Assembly (NCBI GenBank): GCA_964016885.1
Contig: OZ024742.1
Location: forward strand, 97,898,001-97,962,000
Direction: 5' to 3'
DNA length: 64,000 nt
DNA from: Eledone cirrhosa
Lineage: Eukaryota
The notes below the pieces were generated by a model that was not told where the DNA came from, did not search any database, and saw only the letters and a program-made list of their open reading frames with translations. The translations under genes and the position numbers were made by a program. Below, piece after piece: positions 14,480 to 27,276 of this stretch; position 1 is the stretch's first letter, and every line of letters begins with the position of its first letter.

Positions 14480-15316
14480 TTGAATGAGGGTAAGTTTGAA
14501 TTAATCCACTTTGGAAAAAAGGATGCCCTGAATCTACCATACTCTCTTCCTTCTGGTGAAACTCTAGTCGCATCCAACAACATCAGAGACCTGGGAGTAA
14601 TTTTGGACAACAACATAAGCTGGGCCCGCAGAATGTATTCCTGGATTCTCAGAACATTCCAGTCGAGAGATATCCACACTGTTATCCTTCTCTTCTCCAC
14701 TTTTGCCCGACACCACCTTGAATACTGTTGTCCATTATGGTCTCCCCACATGAAACAAAGTATCATGAAATTTGAAGCATCCCAAAGGTCAATTACAAAA
14801 AAGATAGATGGCATGACATGCCTTGACTATTGGAGTCGATTAGAAAGCTCAACCTTTATTCTCTCCAACGTCACCGTGAGCGCTACATTATCTGTATAAT
14901 GTGGAAAATATTCCCTTAGCTTTGCTCAAATGATGTTGGCATCATTTTTAATGTACACCCAAGGCTTGGGCCCCGTGCTATCCGCCCACGACACAATTCT
15001 CACTCGAATCTCATAACAACAATACGGCACAATTATTTCACCTCAATTGGCCCTGCTCTCTTTAACATTACACCAAAACACATTAAAGCAGAGACAGACC
15101 GAATCAAGTTCAAGTGGTCTTAGGATAAATTCCTTCAAGAAATCCCGGATAAGCCTCCTACACGCGGATATTCCTCCGTAAACAATAACTCTCTTCTCGA
15201 GTGGGCCATGGGGCCCAAACACTGATTTTGTAAGACTTTGCTAGGTGGTGCTATTAAGTTAGAGATGGCCTGGGCCCATACTGGCCGAAAGCTATCAGAG
15301 TTATCAAAGTTAAAAG
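14480..15316 (+). mobile_element. 5'-truncated CR1-group LINE (RT C-terminus and 3' UTR) between (AT)n tracts
   Basis: ORF 14480-14899: KFELIHFG...RDLGVILD...WILRTFQSRD...HLEYCCPLWSPH. Confidence 0.85.
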
Positions 15317-15523
15317 TATATATATATATATATATGTATATATATCGAAGGAGGTGTGGTAAGGAACCAGATGGACCAGAATGCACCAGAGTACTCAATA
15401 CCTAGGGTAGTAGAGTGGGTAATAGAAAAAGGTTTAACCGTGAGGCAGACCTCAAGCCGTTTCGACGGCTATTTCTGAAATAGCCTTCGAAACGGCTTGA
15501 GCTCTGCCATCGGGGTTAAACAT

Positions 15524-15598
<75 letters not shown>

Positions 15599-15719
15599 TA
15601 TATGTATATATTTATATTTGGTTTTTGAATTTGTTTTGAAAGATTTTTTATCTGAAATGTTTTTTTCCGGTTGGTTGGCTCGTTGGTTGGTTCGATAACC
15701 GGATGGTTGTTTATATATT

Positions 15720-15762
15720 GTCAAAGCTCTTTTAGCACAAATTGTGTGACCTCCTCAGTGAC
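15720..15762 (-). ncRNA. Hammerhead motif, decayed copy (GAAA mutated)
   Basis: Minus strand: gtca CTGAGGA ggtcacacaatttgtgct AAAA gagctt tgac; mirror of 16068-16110. Confidence 0.45.
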
Positions 15763-16067
15763 TAGGTTTTTATTTTTTGTTCCTCCTTCGTTCTGTCCTA
15801 CACCATCTTGTTTTTGTTTGTTGTGTGTTGTTTCACAATGAAAACCAACAGTGAAAACCCAACAGGTGCGTGTGTTTTTATTGGCATCATGACCCTCCCA
15901 AACTATAACAATATATATTTATACATATATGTAAATACATTTACATATGTATTTTCGCATTTACATATATGTATAAATATATATTGTTATAATTTGACAC
16001 AACACGCAACACACAAAAACAAGATTGTGTGGGACACAACAAAGGAGGGCCAGAAAATAAAAACCTA

Positions 16068-16110
16068 GTCACTGAGGAGGTCACATAATGTGTGACGAAA
16101 GAGTTTTGAC
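16068..16110 (+). ncRNA. Minimal type I hammerhead motif
   Basis: gtca CTGAGGA g-gtcaca-taatg-tgtgac GAAA gagttt tgac; cleavage triplet atypical (family consensus CUU). Confidence 0.6.
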
Positions 16111-16289
16111 AATATATAAATAACCATCCAGCTATCGAACCAACCAACCAACCAACCGGAAAAAACATTTCAGATAAGAAATCTTTCAAAACAAATTAAA
16201 AAACGAAATATAATATATACATATATGCATATGTATATATGCCTATATATATATGAAAATGTTTAACTCCGATGGCAGAGCTCAAGCCG

Positions 16290-16361
<72 letters not shown>

Positions 16362-16374
16362 ATATGCGTTATGC

Positions 16375-16460
<86 letters not shown>

Positions 16461-16473
16461 ATATGCGTTATGC

Positions 16474-16510
<37 letters not shown>

Positions 16511-16633
16511 GGAGGTGAGTTTTATTGTAGTACAATAAAGCAATGCAGATATCGGATAAGAAGCACTCTACAGTTTGTAGGACTGGAGTATACATAATAT
16601 AAGATCAAAAGATGGTTAAAGGAGTTCCATGTA

Positions 16634-16700
16634 TTTTATTATGCGCATTTCAAAAACAAACATCATCATGCAATAATATTTGTGTTTTCATCAGATAAAA
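16634..16700 (-). ncRNA. Type I hammerhead motif (mirror copy)
   Basis: Exact reverse complement of 16832-16898. Confidence 0.8.
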
Positions 16701-16831
16701 CAGGAGAACATGATATGAAGGCTAAAAAACACTTGTGGATAGTGCAGTTGATTGTGCATGTTGATAGTGCATGTTGATTTAAAACTGCACTATCCACAAG
16801 TGTTTTTTAGCCTTCATATCATGTTCTCCTG

Positions 16832-16898
16832 TTTTATCTGATGAAAACACAAATATTATTGCATGATGATGTTTGTTTTTGAAATGCGCATAATAAAA
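16832..16898 (+). ncRNA. Type I hammerhead motif with intact core
   Basis: ttttat CTGATGA aaacacaaatattattgcatgatgatgtttgttttt GAAA tgcgca TA ataaaa; 6-bp stem I, palindromic stem III ATGCGCAT. Confidence 0.8.
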
Positions 16899-16930
16899 TA
16901 CATGGAACTCCTTTAACCATCTTTTGATCT

Positions 16931-16983
<53 letters not shown>

Positions 16984-17136
16984 AACAAGTATGACTGGAG
17001 TCCAGAATTAGCCGTCGAAACGGCTTGAGCTCTGCCGTCGGGGTCATACTTGTTTCTATTACCCACTCTACTGCCCTAAGTATTGAGTACTTCGGTGCGT
17101 TATGGTCCATCTGGTTCCTTACCACATTTCCTTCGT

Positions 17137-17168
<32 letters not shown>

Positions 17169-17443
17169 GATAAATATAGATATATAGATAGATAGACAGA
17201 TAGATAGATCGGTATATAGATAGATATATTTCTTTATTTACCATAAAGGCATAAAAAGAAGGGACAAATACAAAGGGGGAGTTTACATACAATCGAGTAA
17301 AAAGGGTATAAAATGAAAATAATCGAAAACAACCTCAAAAGGGAGGGGACGTGATGGGGGTTGCACACACCCCCGAAAAAGTGTGCAATCCTTTGCCCGG
17401 GGAGCACATGGAGAAGGTGCTCTCCTCTCCTTCACTTCTTTAC

Positions 17444-20215
17444 CTACAGGATGGTATACAGAGAAGGCCCATTTACAGGAGCCATTCTGGCCACTATCAC
17501 CCACCTTTCATAAAACTGCCTGTGGCCAAGCACCCCTCTCTCCATTCTTATCCTTCTTCCGAAGTGATATCGGAAGAAGTAGACCAGACTATGGCCAGAG
17601 AGGAAGTTGCCTGACCTCAGACCTTTCAATCGTGTCCACCAAACAACCTCTTTCAACATGGCTATTACGCACAGAAAAACCGCCTTTGCTTCCTTTGTGA
17701 AGAGGGGAGGCGGTTTGATTGTCATCACGGACTCGGCGGTCAATTGAATCGGCGCCACCCGCGACAGCAGTCGTTCAGCGTAGCCCCACAGATCAGCCAC
17801 GCCCGGACATTGCACCAATGCGTGCGCAACGGTTTCTTCGTGACGCACGCATCTAGGGCAAATCTTTTTCGAAGGATCCCTGCCCGGGCGCCCGTGTCTG
17901 TAGAGCCTCTCTCGAACGGGTAGAGCCCCCCGGTAGCACTGCCAGGCTAGTGACTTCTGGAAGTTGTCCATTGGTCCCGGGCCGAAAGTCCTACCGAACA
18001 GGCTGGCCAGTTCGTCCTCTTCCATGTCCAGCGACTCTCCAAGGGTGTCATCGCCCCTGCTAGCCACCAGCCCTCTATAGAATGATGAGGTGGATTCTCT
18101 ACCGATGGCCTGGCCCGCTTGCCAGAGAGCCCTGAGCGCCTGAGCACACTCAGTGTGCCAGTCTCCCAGTTTTCCGGATCTTTGCTTGACCCAGGACTGC
18201 AGCTCGGTGAGCGAGACGAGTCTCGGAAAGGCTCGTTTCACGAACGGAGCCCACACCGGTTGACCAGTGAGGAATACCTGTAGGTGCCGTAGCCTTAATG
18301 CGTGCCTACGCATCATCAACCACGGCATCCCCAGCCCCCCTTTCGAAGGTTGTTGGCAGCAGATAGATCTTCTCACCATAGGAGGGCGCTTCTTCCAAAG
18401 AAATTGGAAGAGCATGCGTTCCATGGTGGTGAGTGTTTCCTTAGGGCAAGGCACGACAGTCAGGCGGTAGTAAGTAACGGACGCTATGTAAATGTTCGCC
18501 ACCTCCGCCAGGCCTTTTAGGGACAGCTTACACTTGGCCCATTTCTGGGTTAGTGCAAACACCTTGTTCGTAACCTCGTCCCAGTTCTTTTCCACCTGGA
18601 GATCCGGTCCAAACCAGACCCCAAGCAACTTTACCGGGCCCTCCGTCCAGTGTCCGACGACACCGTCAGGAGGCATCGGTCTGCCTCTCCACGTTCCGAG
18701 TTGCAGCCCGATGGATTTTTTCCCGGTTCAGTTTCGCTCCTGACAACCTTTCGTAATCCTCCAGTAAGGTACCGATCGCCTCGATCTCCGAGTCGGTCGA
18801 TACCATTACTGTTACGTCATCGGCGTAGGCCGACACCGCTTTGCTCAATCCTGGTTCCAGGGGGATACCCTGCAACAACTCTAACTTCCTCAGTAAAGGC
18901 TCGAGCGTCAATTCGTACAGAAGGGAGGAGAGAGGGCACCCCTGTCGAATGGATCGTGTGATTTCGAACGGCTTCGAAAGGTAGCCGTTCACCTTGATCC
19001 TAGAACAGATGTGGTTGCCATGTAAGGCAGTGATCCAGCCTCTGAAAACAGGACCGAACCCAGCCGCCGCTAGCACCGCATCCAGGTAATCATGGTCGAC
19101 CCTATCGAAGGCCTTAGACTGATCCAAGATGATCAGGGCCCCACCGAAGCCGGGTTTGTTGCCAACCCTCTCTATGTTGTATCGCATGAGGTGGAGGTTA
19201 TCGTGAATGGACCTGGATGGGATAGCACATGTCTGCGCATCTCCCACCAGGCTACCCACGACAAGCGCCAACCTCTTTGCTAACAACTTGGCCAAAATCT
19301 TTAACTCTGTGTTTAGCAGGGTTATGGGCCGAACATTATTTATACTATCCCCTTGTTCTCGTCCTTCCTCACCAGCGAGACTACGCCCTTGGCTACAGAA
19401 CAAGGAATTCTCCCGTTCTGCTGCCAATTGCAGTAGACCGCTTCGAGGAGTTCGGAGAAGAAGACCGGCATTGCTAAATAAAGTTCGTAAGCGGTCTACT
19501 GCAATTGGCAGCAGACTACGCAGGTCACTAATTTGTGATCCGTATAGCCAACCGTGCGCATTTCTGGACAGCTTAATATGTCCCTATCCTTACTTCTAAC
19601 TAAGAATCTATTTAAGTACGATCTAGTTTGACCACTGTCGTTTCTCCAAGTCCAGGTAGGCACAGTTGGAAAATCTAGTCGATATCTATCGACCAAGTTA
19701 AAACGGTCGAGTAACCCCTTGAGGCTGTTACACCCCCCTCTATTAGGACATGCTCCTGCATAGTCCCAACGTGCATCTAGGATGTCATTCCAACCCCCCG
19801 CTAGAAGCAGGGAACGCGACGTTCCCAGAAAAGTCTCCAAACGCTGGAAGAAGTCGGGCCGTTCAGCTCCGAAAGGGCAGTAGACGGCGACCAGTCACAA
19901 GGCCGCACCTTCACTACTGCCAACGTCTAGCACCAACAAACGACCCTCCGGGTCCGAGTGAACAACCTGTACGGCAAGACCCAGGTGCTTTTGCAGCAGT
20001 ACGACAATCCCACCCCCACCTACAGGTTGACAGAGAGATGCATGCACCTCAAAGTCATCGAAGGTAGGGGCCAGCTGCCGCACGACGCTGATCCGAGTCT
20101 CACAGATAACCATTACATTTATACCACATGACCTGAGGTCAATTAGAAGCTTTGCTTGCTTCCAAGTTGAGCCCAGGCCACGTGCATTCAAACATCCTAC
20201 TCTTAACACATCCAT
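17444..20215 (-). pseudogene. Tx1-A ORF2 (AP endonuclease, reverse transcriptase, C-terminal CCHC), frameshifted and internally deleted
   Basis: LNARGL...ET, GGWNxILD, YTDHK (APE); RPITLLNTELKILAK, KAFDRVDH, RQGCPLS, YADD (RT); CPRC...ETVAHALVQC. Split over ORFs 19895-20215, 19496-19840, 18666-19427 and 17444-18676. Confidence 0.92.
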
Positions 20216-22208
20216 GTGGTCTCTACACTCTCCAGAGCCAAAGGAGAGTGTAGAGACCTACCTTTCTGCTTCCTGGGGTTCGGGTTGCACGACTTCCATG
20301 GGGTCGGGGTGTTGGGTGAAGGGGTGTCTTGTGGTGGTGTGGGGTCGTCAGCGTGTGGTGGGGTTGGGGTGTTTGGAGTTGTGTTGTGGAGGGGAAGGGG
20401 AGGGGGAAAGCTTTTTAGTAGGACGCGGTTTATGGGTTTGACAGAGGGTGGTCCTACGTCCTCCTTAAAATCCTTTTTTAGTTTTTGGTAGAGGTTCATT
20501 GGGATCTTTATTAATTTTAAATGTAGGTAGTTTTCTGAAGAAACAAAGTTTACACCTTCGGTTTGTACCGAAGGATTATTGTTTGTGAGTTCATTTAATT
20601 TATTATTGTTTCTGTTGATGTAAGTATAGTGTAATGTCTTTTTTTCGGATGGTGTGAGTGTTTCGAAGAGGGGAGGGGCAGGTTTGGTTTTGTTTGTTGC
20701 TGGAGGGGTGTTTTGTGTTTTGTTGGATTGTGTTGACATTTGGGTGGGGGTTGTTTGGCCTTGTGTGTTTTGCACATGTTTTCTTTTTTTCCTTTTAATC
20801 TGTCTGAAGGACTCCGTTTCTTCCTCCGAATTCGTTGGGTTATCTTCAGTGTTGGAGGGAAGAGGTATGTTTGCTGGTAATGTTTCCGTGTTGGTTTTCT
20901 TTGTGGGGGAGATGGATGTCACTATGTTAGACTGTGTTGTGTGTTGTGGCTGCGGTGGTTGTGTTGTTTTATTGAGTGAGGGGTTGGGTGGGCCTGTATT
21001 TTGTTTTGGGGTAATGTGTTGTGACTGTTTGTGTTGTGATGGTGGTGTAGTTTTACTGAGGGACGGGCTAGGTGGGACTGAGTTTTGTTGTTTGTTTGTC
21101 TGTTGTGGTGGTGGTGGTGGAGCTGGTGTTGGTAGCAGGGTTTTCTTTTTGTTGAGTTGGAGACAAGCGGCCTTCAGGTGTCCTCTGCCTGCACAGATAT
21201 GACAGGGCGGCCTTCTCCCCTCCACGCTAATGTTTATATACCCGTGGCCCTCTAATAGGATTCTGTCGGGTATTTGGGCGATGCGTTCAGGCTTCATTTG
21301 CACTACAAGTTCTATACCTGTTCCACTGAACGCATTGCCTGTGGTTTTCCCAATGGAAATCACGTTGTCATTCACTGGATCGATGAAGCCAGCTATGAGC
21401 CAGCAGTAGTCCACATCTGGCATCATTGCATCCAGCCATATGCGTTGAGTTCTTTTACCCATATAAGATGGATAAAAGGTAAAATTTTTCGAACGAATCG
21501 GTGACAAAGCACATTTTTTTGCCGCCGATTCGTTCTTCATAATAATTGCTAGGCTTCCATACAGTCTGTCTTTTCTTATGAAAGTGGTTTCATTAAGTAC
21601 TTCTGTAAGTACTGTTTTGATTTCTGTTTGAGTTGGCTGTTCAGTTTTTTGGAAATGTTGTTAATGGTGCGGAAAACGACCGTTCGACTTTCAATGTCTT
21701 TGGTGAGTTCTTGAGGCATTGTTACCGATAAAATACCATTCTCTCCTTCAGTTATATATTGTTTGCCGTCTGCAATTCTTTGTGCCACATCTGAAATATT
21801 TTCAGGTATATATGTCAAAGATTTCTTTGTTGTTTGTGCAAACGAAATATTATTGGTGTTGACTTTGTCGTCTGCTTTGCTTTCTGTTATGATGTTGTTT
21901 TCAAATGTTATTTTTGTGTTTGTCGTGTGTTTGTTTGTGGTATTAATATTGTCAAGCAATTTTTCAAACTTTTTTTTTTCGTTGTTGGAATCCATGTCCA
22001 GATTTGTGTTTTCGTCATTTTTCTCCGCAGATTCGTCTGTTTTCATTTTATTTTTTCCTTCCTTCTCTATGACGTTAGTTGGGAAGGAAGGGGGGACTAA
22101 AGCGTGCGAGCTTACAACTCTTACCGCTGTCCCCCCACCACTATTTTCGTTAGCTTCGTTTAACATTTCTGTCAGACGATTGACATTTTTTTTTTTATGC
22201 CACAACAT
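20203..22208 (-). pseudogene. Tx1-A ORF1 (gag-like, zinc knuckle)
   Basis: ORFs 21576-22229 and 20203-21540; EGRRPPCHICAGRGHLKAAC (Cx2Cx4Hx4C); Pro/Thr/Gln-rich linker. Confidence 0.85.
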
Positions 22209-22855
22209 TTTTAAAAACAGGTTTTTCACCCCTAGGAGGGGTAAAGATGAGCTGACCCACCGCCTGACAGTTCAGACGGGGGGTCAAGCTACACAATAGT
22301 ATCAAAATTAAAATTGAACTTACAAAATTTCCGCAATTAATTTGAACAAAACTTCTGCGCGAAGTGAATTACATCTACGCTGTAGAACAGACGACAGCTA
22401 GATTAATAGATAGATAGATAGATAGATTGGTAGATAGCTATGTAGTTGAGTATAGCTATACGTGAATATAAGTTAAGCCCCAGGTTACACAATAGTGATG
22501 CAATTTCACAATCTCCTCAAGGAACCACAAATGTGTTTATGTGTAAAAATGTCCTGAATTGTACATATGTGTAAATATCTTTACAAATTCACAATATCTA
22601 TGTTGTGTCTGCGTTTCCCCTCTATATAGTGAATGTGCCTGTTCCTCTATGTGCTTAATGGGCTTGGATGTTTGTATATGTGTAGGTATGCGCATGTATA
22701 TATCTATATCTATCTATCTGTCTACCTACCTATTTATATAATATGTATCTGTGTGTGTGTTTGCTTGTGCGTTCATGCATGAATGTTTGTATGGTCGTGC
22801 GCATCTATAGATACATTTCTACACACACGCGCACGCACACGCGCACGCACACGCG

Positions 22856-22972
<117 letters not shown>

Positions 22973-23049
22973 ACAAATATATATGTATGTATACATATAT
23001 GACTATGTTTTGTATTATCTCTCTTCTCTATCTTTGTCTCTCTCGCTAT

Positions 23050-23147
<98 letters not shown>

Positions 23148-23893
23148 TCATATATATGCATAACTGCATAGATGCATAAATGTAAGCTTTCCTGTGCATT
23201 GCCAGCCATTTAAATGATAGACTACGGTTATGTAGATCTCGGTTTTATTTTTTGGAAACGGTATAAGGTGAGAAATACCGTGATTTAACAAAAAATTCTT
23301 TTAATAACTAAAATCACTTAGATTTATGCATGAGAAAAAAATATAAGCCCCAAGAAATATCCACTCTTGCCCACTAAATTCAAACAGTAAAAATGAGTGA
23401 AAGAATAATAAAAAAAGCCCTTCCATTCACTTCATTTTCCTTCTGCTTAGAATAATCCTTTTAAAGGAAATGGCGTTCTTAGATAGGCATTTTATATGAA
23501 TAATAATTTTTCCTGGGGCTAATATTATTTTATTTCAGAGAATTTAGTGAATTATCAAGAGAAAATAATAACAATAATAATAATAGAAGTGAAAAAGTAA
23601 AAATTGAAAAAAATAATCCTCACAATCTAAGACAGTTGATGATGGTGGTGGTGGTGGTGGTGGTATCATGATGATGGTGATGGTGCTAATGGACGTGGCT
23701 CTGCGGATCATTACACTAACAACAACATCAACTTCAACAAATAATTCAGCAATAATAATAGCAAATGTTGATAATGTAGGAGATAGCGATAATGATGATA
23801 ATGATGAGAAATATTATTGCTGTTGAGGATGATGTAAAAATAGGATTATGATCATGAGTTTGACAACGATATTTAAATAAACAAATAAATAAA

Positions 23894-23944
<51 letters not shown>

Positions 23945-24189
23945 TTTTCTTTATTAACCACAAGGGTTTACATGAAGTAGACATTAAGGACAGTACAGGA
24001 CAATACAGGACGGTACAAATGGGCATATCTGCGTGTAAAAAAAAAACAGAGGATGTAATAAAATAACAAAGAAAAATTCCCCAATAGGGGAGAGACTTCC
24101 GAGGGACATTTGTGGAGAAAGCCCATTAAAAGACCACAGTGACCCTGACCACCAGGGCAAGTGCCCTCTCCCAGTTTTCCACCTTTAAT

Positions 24190-27100
24190 TTACTGACACA
24201 TACCCAGAGAAGGCCCATTCATTCGGGCCATACTTGCTTCTCTCACCCATCTTTCAACAAAATGCTGGGAAGAGAGCACTTCCCTCTCTACCCTGATATT
24301 CCTTTTCAAATGAAATTTGAAAAAGTTAATCAGGGCATCACCGAAGAGGTAAGTGTTCGTTTTCAGCCCTTTCAAACGTGTCCACCATACTATCTCTTTC
24401 GCCATGGCCACCAGACACATAAAAACTGCCTGCCCTTCCCGGCTAAAGGAAGAGGGCGGGGCAATCATCACGATGAACTCAGCTGATAGCTGGATCCGTC
24501 CTACACGTGACAGCAGGTGTTCGACATAAACCCACAAGTCAGCAATGCTCGGACACTGGACGAGTGCGTGCCGGACGGTTTCGTCGCCCTGCGCGCATCT
24601 CGAACATTCCCGGCTGACGGCACCTCCATGCATGTAGAGTTTATCCCGAACTGGCAAAGCTCCCCGGTAGCACTGCCAGGCCAGGGATTTCTGGAAGTTG
24701 TCCATAGGCCCCGGCCCGAAAGTCCTTCCGAAGAGATTGGCTAGTTGATTTTCGTCGACGCCTAGAGTTTCTCCAAGTACGTCGTCGCTCTTCCCCTCCA
24801 CTAATCCTCTATAGAACGCCAAGGTGGAGTTTCCACCGATCAAATTGCCCGATTGGTCGAGGGCTGCGAGCGCCTGAAGACATTCCAGTCTCCAAGCGCT
24901 CCCTCACGGTTTTCGCTTGACCCAGGACTGCAGCTCCGTCAAGGAGACGAGCTGGGGAAAGACGTGTCTAGCAAACGGCGACCACACCTGATCACCGACG
25001 AGGAAGAGGTGGAGATGTCGTAGCCTGAGCGCGCGTCTTCGCATCATCAGCCACAGCAGGCCCAGCCCTCCACGTAGCGGGGATTGACAGCAGATGGACC
25101 GCCTGACCATCGGAGCGCGTCCCTTCCACAAAAAGCGAAAGAGCAAACGCTCCAGCGCAGTCAGGCGGTAGTAGATGACGGACGCGATGTACGCGTTAGC
25201 CACCTCCGCTCGACCTTTCAGGGATAGCTTCCTCTCGGCCCAATTCTGGGGGAGAGAAGCCACCCTGCTCGTCACCTCGTCCCAGTTTTTGTCCGTCTGG
25301 AGGTCCGGATCAAACCAGCCCCTAGCAATTTAACAGGTCCGTCTGTCCAGCGCCCGACGACGCTGTAGGACGGCATGGAGCTGTCTCTCCAGGTACCGAG
25401 CTGCAGGCCCACTGACTTTTCCTGGTTAATCATTGCTCCTGTCACCGCTTCGTATTCTCTTAGTGTAGTGCCGATCGCCTCGATGTGTTTGGCGTTCGAT
25501 ACCACTACGGTGACATCGTCCGCATATGCTGACACGTATCTTCCGCATCCTAGTTCGCGCGGGACCCCCCTCAACGTCTCCAGTTTGTGCAGTAATGGCT
25601 CGAGAGACAATACGTACAATAGGGACGAGAGGGGACATCCTTGGCGGACCGAGCGCATGATGTTGAACGGTTCCGAAAGGTGACCGTTCACTCTCACTAC
25701 AGAGCAGTTGTCGCTGTGCATGGCAGCGATCCAGCCTCTGAAGACGGGCCCAAAGCCAGCCGCCCTCAGGACTGCCGCTAGGTAACGATGGTCGACCCTA
25801 TCGAAGGCTTTCGACTGATCTAAATTGATCAAAGACCCACCCGTCCCAGGTTCCCTAGCTACCCTCTCTACGATGTATCGCATGAGGTGGAGGTTGTTGT
25901 GGATGGATCTGTCAGGAATGGTGCATGTCTTCGCCTCTCCCACCAGACCACCAACGACAAGCGCCAACCTCTTTGTTAGCACTTTGGCCAAAATCTTGAA
26001 CTCTGTGTTTAGCAGAGTTATGGGCCTAAAATTATCTATGTTATCCCCCTTGTTCGGATCCTTTCTCAGCAGTGCCACCACTCTTCGGCTCACAGAGCTG
26101 GGAATTCTCCCGTTCTGCTGCCAGTTGCAGTAGACGTCCGCCAAGAGGCCTCCGAACAAGTCTGGCATTTGTACGTAAATTTCATAGGGCAGACCATCCA
26201 AACCAGGCGATTTACCCCTTGTGCAGCCAGTCATTGCCTCCCGTACTTCAGCGGCTGTTATCGGCTTTTCGCAACACTCCGCCTCAGTGGCCGAGAGCCG
26301 CGGCAGTGCGTCGAGGTAGACACTAAAGTCCATCCCTCGATCCGGCCCGCCAATGCCCCCGAACAGTTGAGAGAAATGTCGCTGAAAAGCTTCACACATT
26401 TGCCCGGGATCGAGTAGCATGCGCCCGTCGTGGTCCACCAAAGACCGGATCGTGGCTTCTAGTTCGCTAACCCGGTCTCTGTAGGCCTTGCGCGCTGGTA
26501 AGGACGCGTTTAGATTCCAGTAGCCGGGTCCTCGTCTATGAAGCCTATCTAAGTCAAGCACACAGATCACGAATTATTGGTTGTAGCTGACTATCTTGAA
26601 TTGTGGACAGCCTATCTATTTCCCTACAACATAATCTATCTAGATATGATCTGGATGACCCTATGCGGTTTGTCCAAGTCCACATTGGTACATTCGGGAA
26701 ATCCAATCGGTACCTGTCAGACAGTTCAAACGACTGAGCAGGTTGGTGAGACTCTTGCACCCTCCTTCCCTATCCACTAATCCCACACAATCCCAGCGTG
26801 CATCTAAGATCCCGTTCCAGTCGCCCACTTACACTAAAGAGCGAGACGTTCCAAGAAAGATCTCTAGACGCCGGAAGAAATCAGGCCGCCCTGCTCCTGT
26901 CGGAGCATAGACGGCCACTAACCTGAAAGTTTGCCCGTCTCCGCTGGTCACGTCCAGTACCACCAACTTACCTTCTGGGTCAAGGAAGATGGCCCGTATA
27001 GCAAGATCCAAACCTCTCCGAAAAAGCACAGCAACTCCTCCCTCCGATCCCGGACGGCTGGGAGATGCGTACACATCGTAGCCGCCAAAGATCGGTGCGA

Positions 27101-27242
27101 AGGCCCGTGCTTCGGAGATTCTGGTCTCGCTGATGGCCACTACATCTATGTTTAGTGACCTGAGGTCGTTGAGCAGGTGGCCCTGCTTCCATGACGACCC
27201 CAAGCCACGCGCATTTATGCTGCCTATTCTGAGTGAGGTCAT
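24190..27242 (-). pseudogene. Tx1-B ORF2 (APE-RT-CCHC), disrupted
   Basis: INARGL, VYAPT, KSPGLDGLPYE, NFRPITLLNTEFKILAK, RQGCPLS, YADD, CSRC..ETVRHALVQC across five ORF pieces. Confidence 0.92.
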
Positions 27243-27276
27243 GTTGAAAAGGAGTGGAAAAGATGGGAAATACCAC

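Larger units (their letters stand above)
15341..17143. repeat. Nested compound inverted-repeat cluster
   Basis: Pairs seen: 15341-15477/17003-17143; 15445-15475/15477-15508; 15491-15835/15997-16291; 15904-15936/15959-15991; 16594-16749/16783-16938. Confidence 0.85.
17229..22398 (-). mobile_element. Tx1-clade L1-like LINE, copy A, near full length, inserted in (GATA)n
   Basis: ORF1 followed by APE-RT-CCHC ORF2; AATAAA on minus at 17233-17238; tagatagata repeats at both flanks (~17170-17225 and ~22406-22435). Confidence 0.9.
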
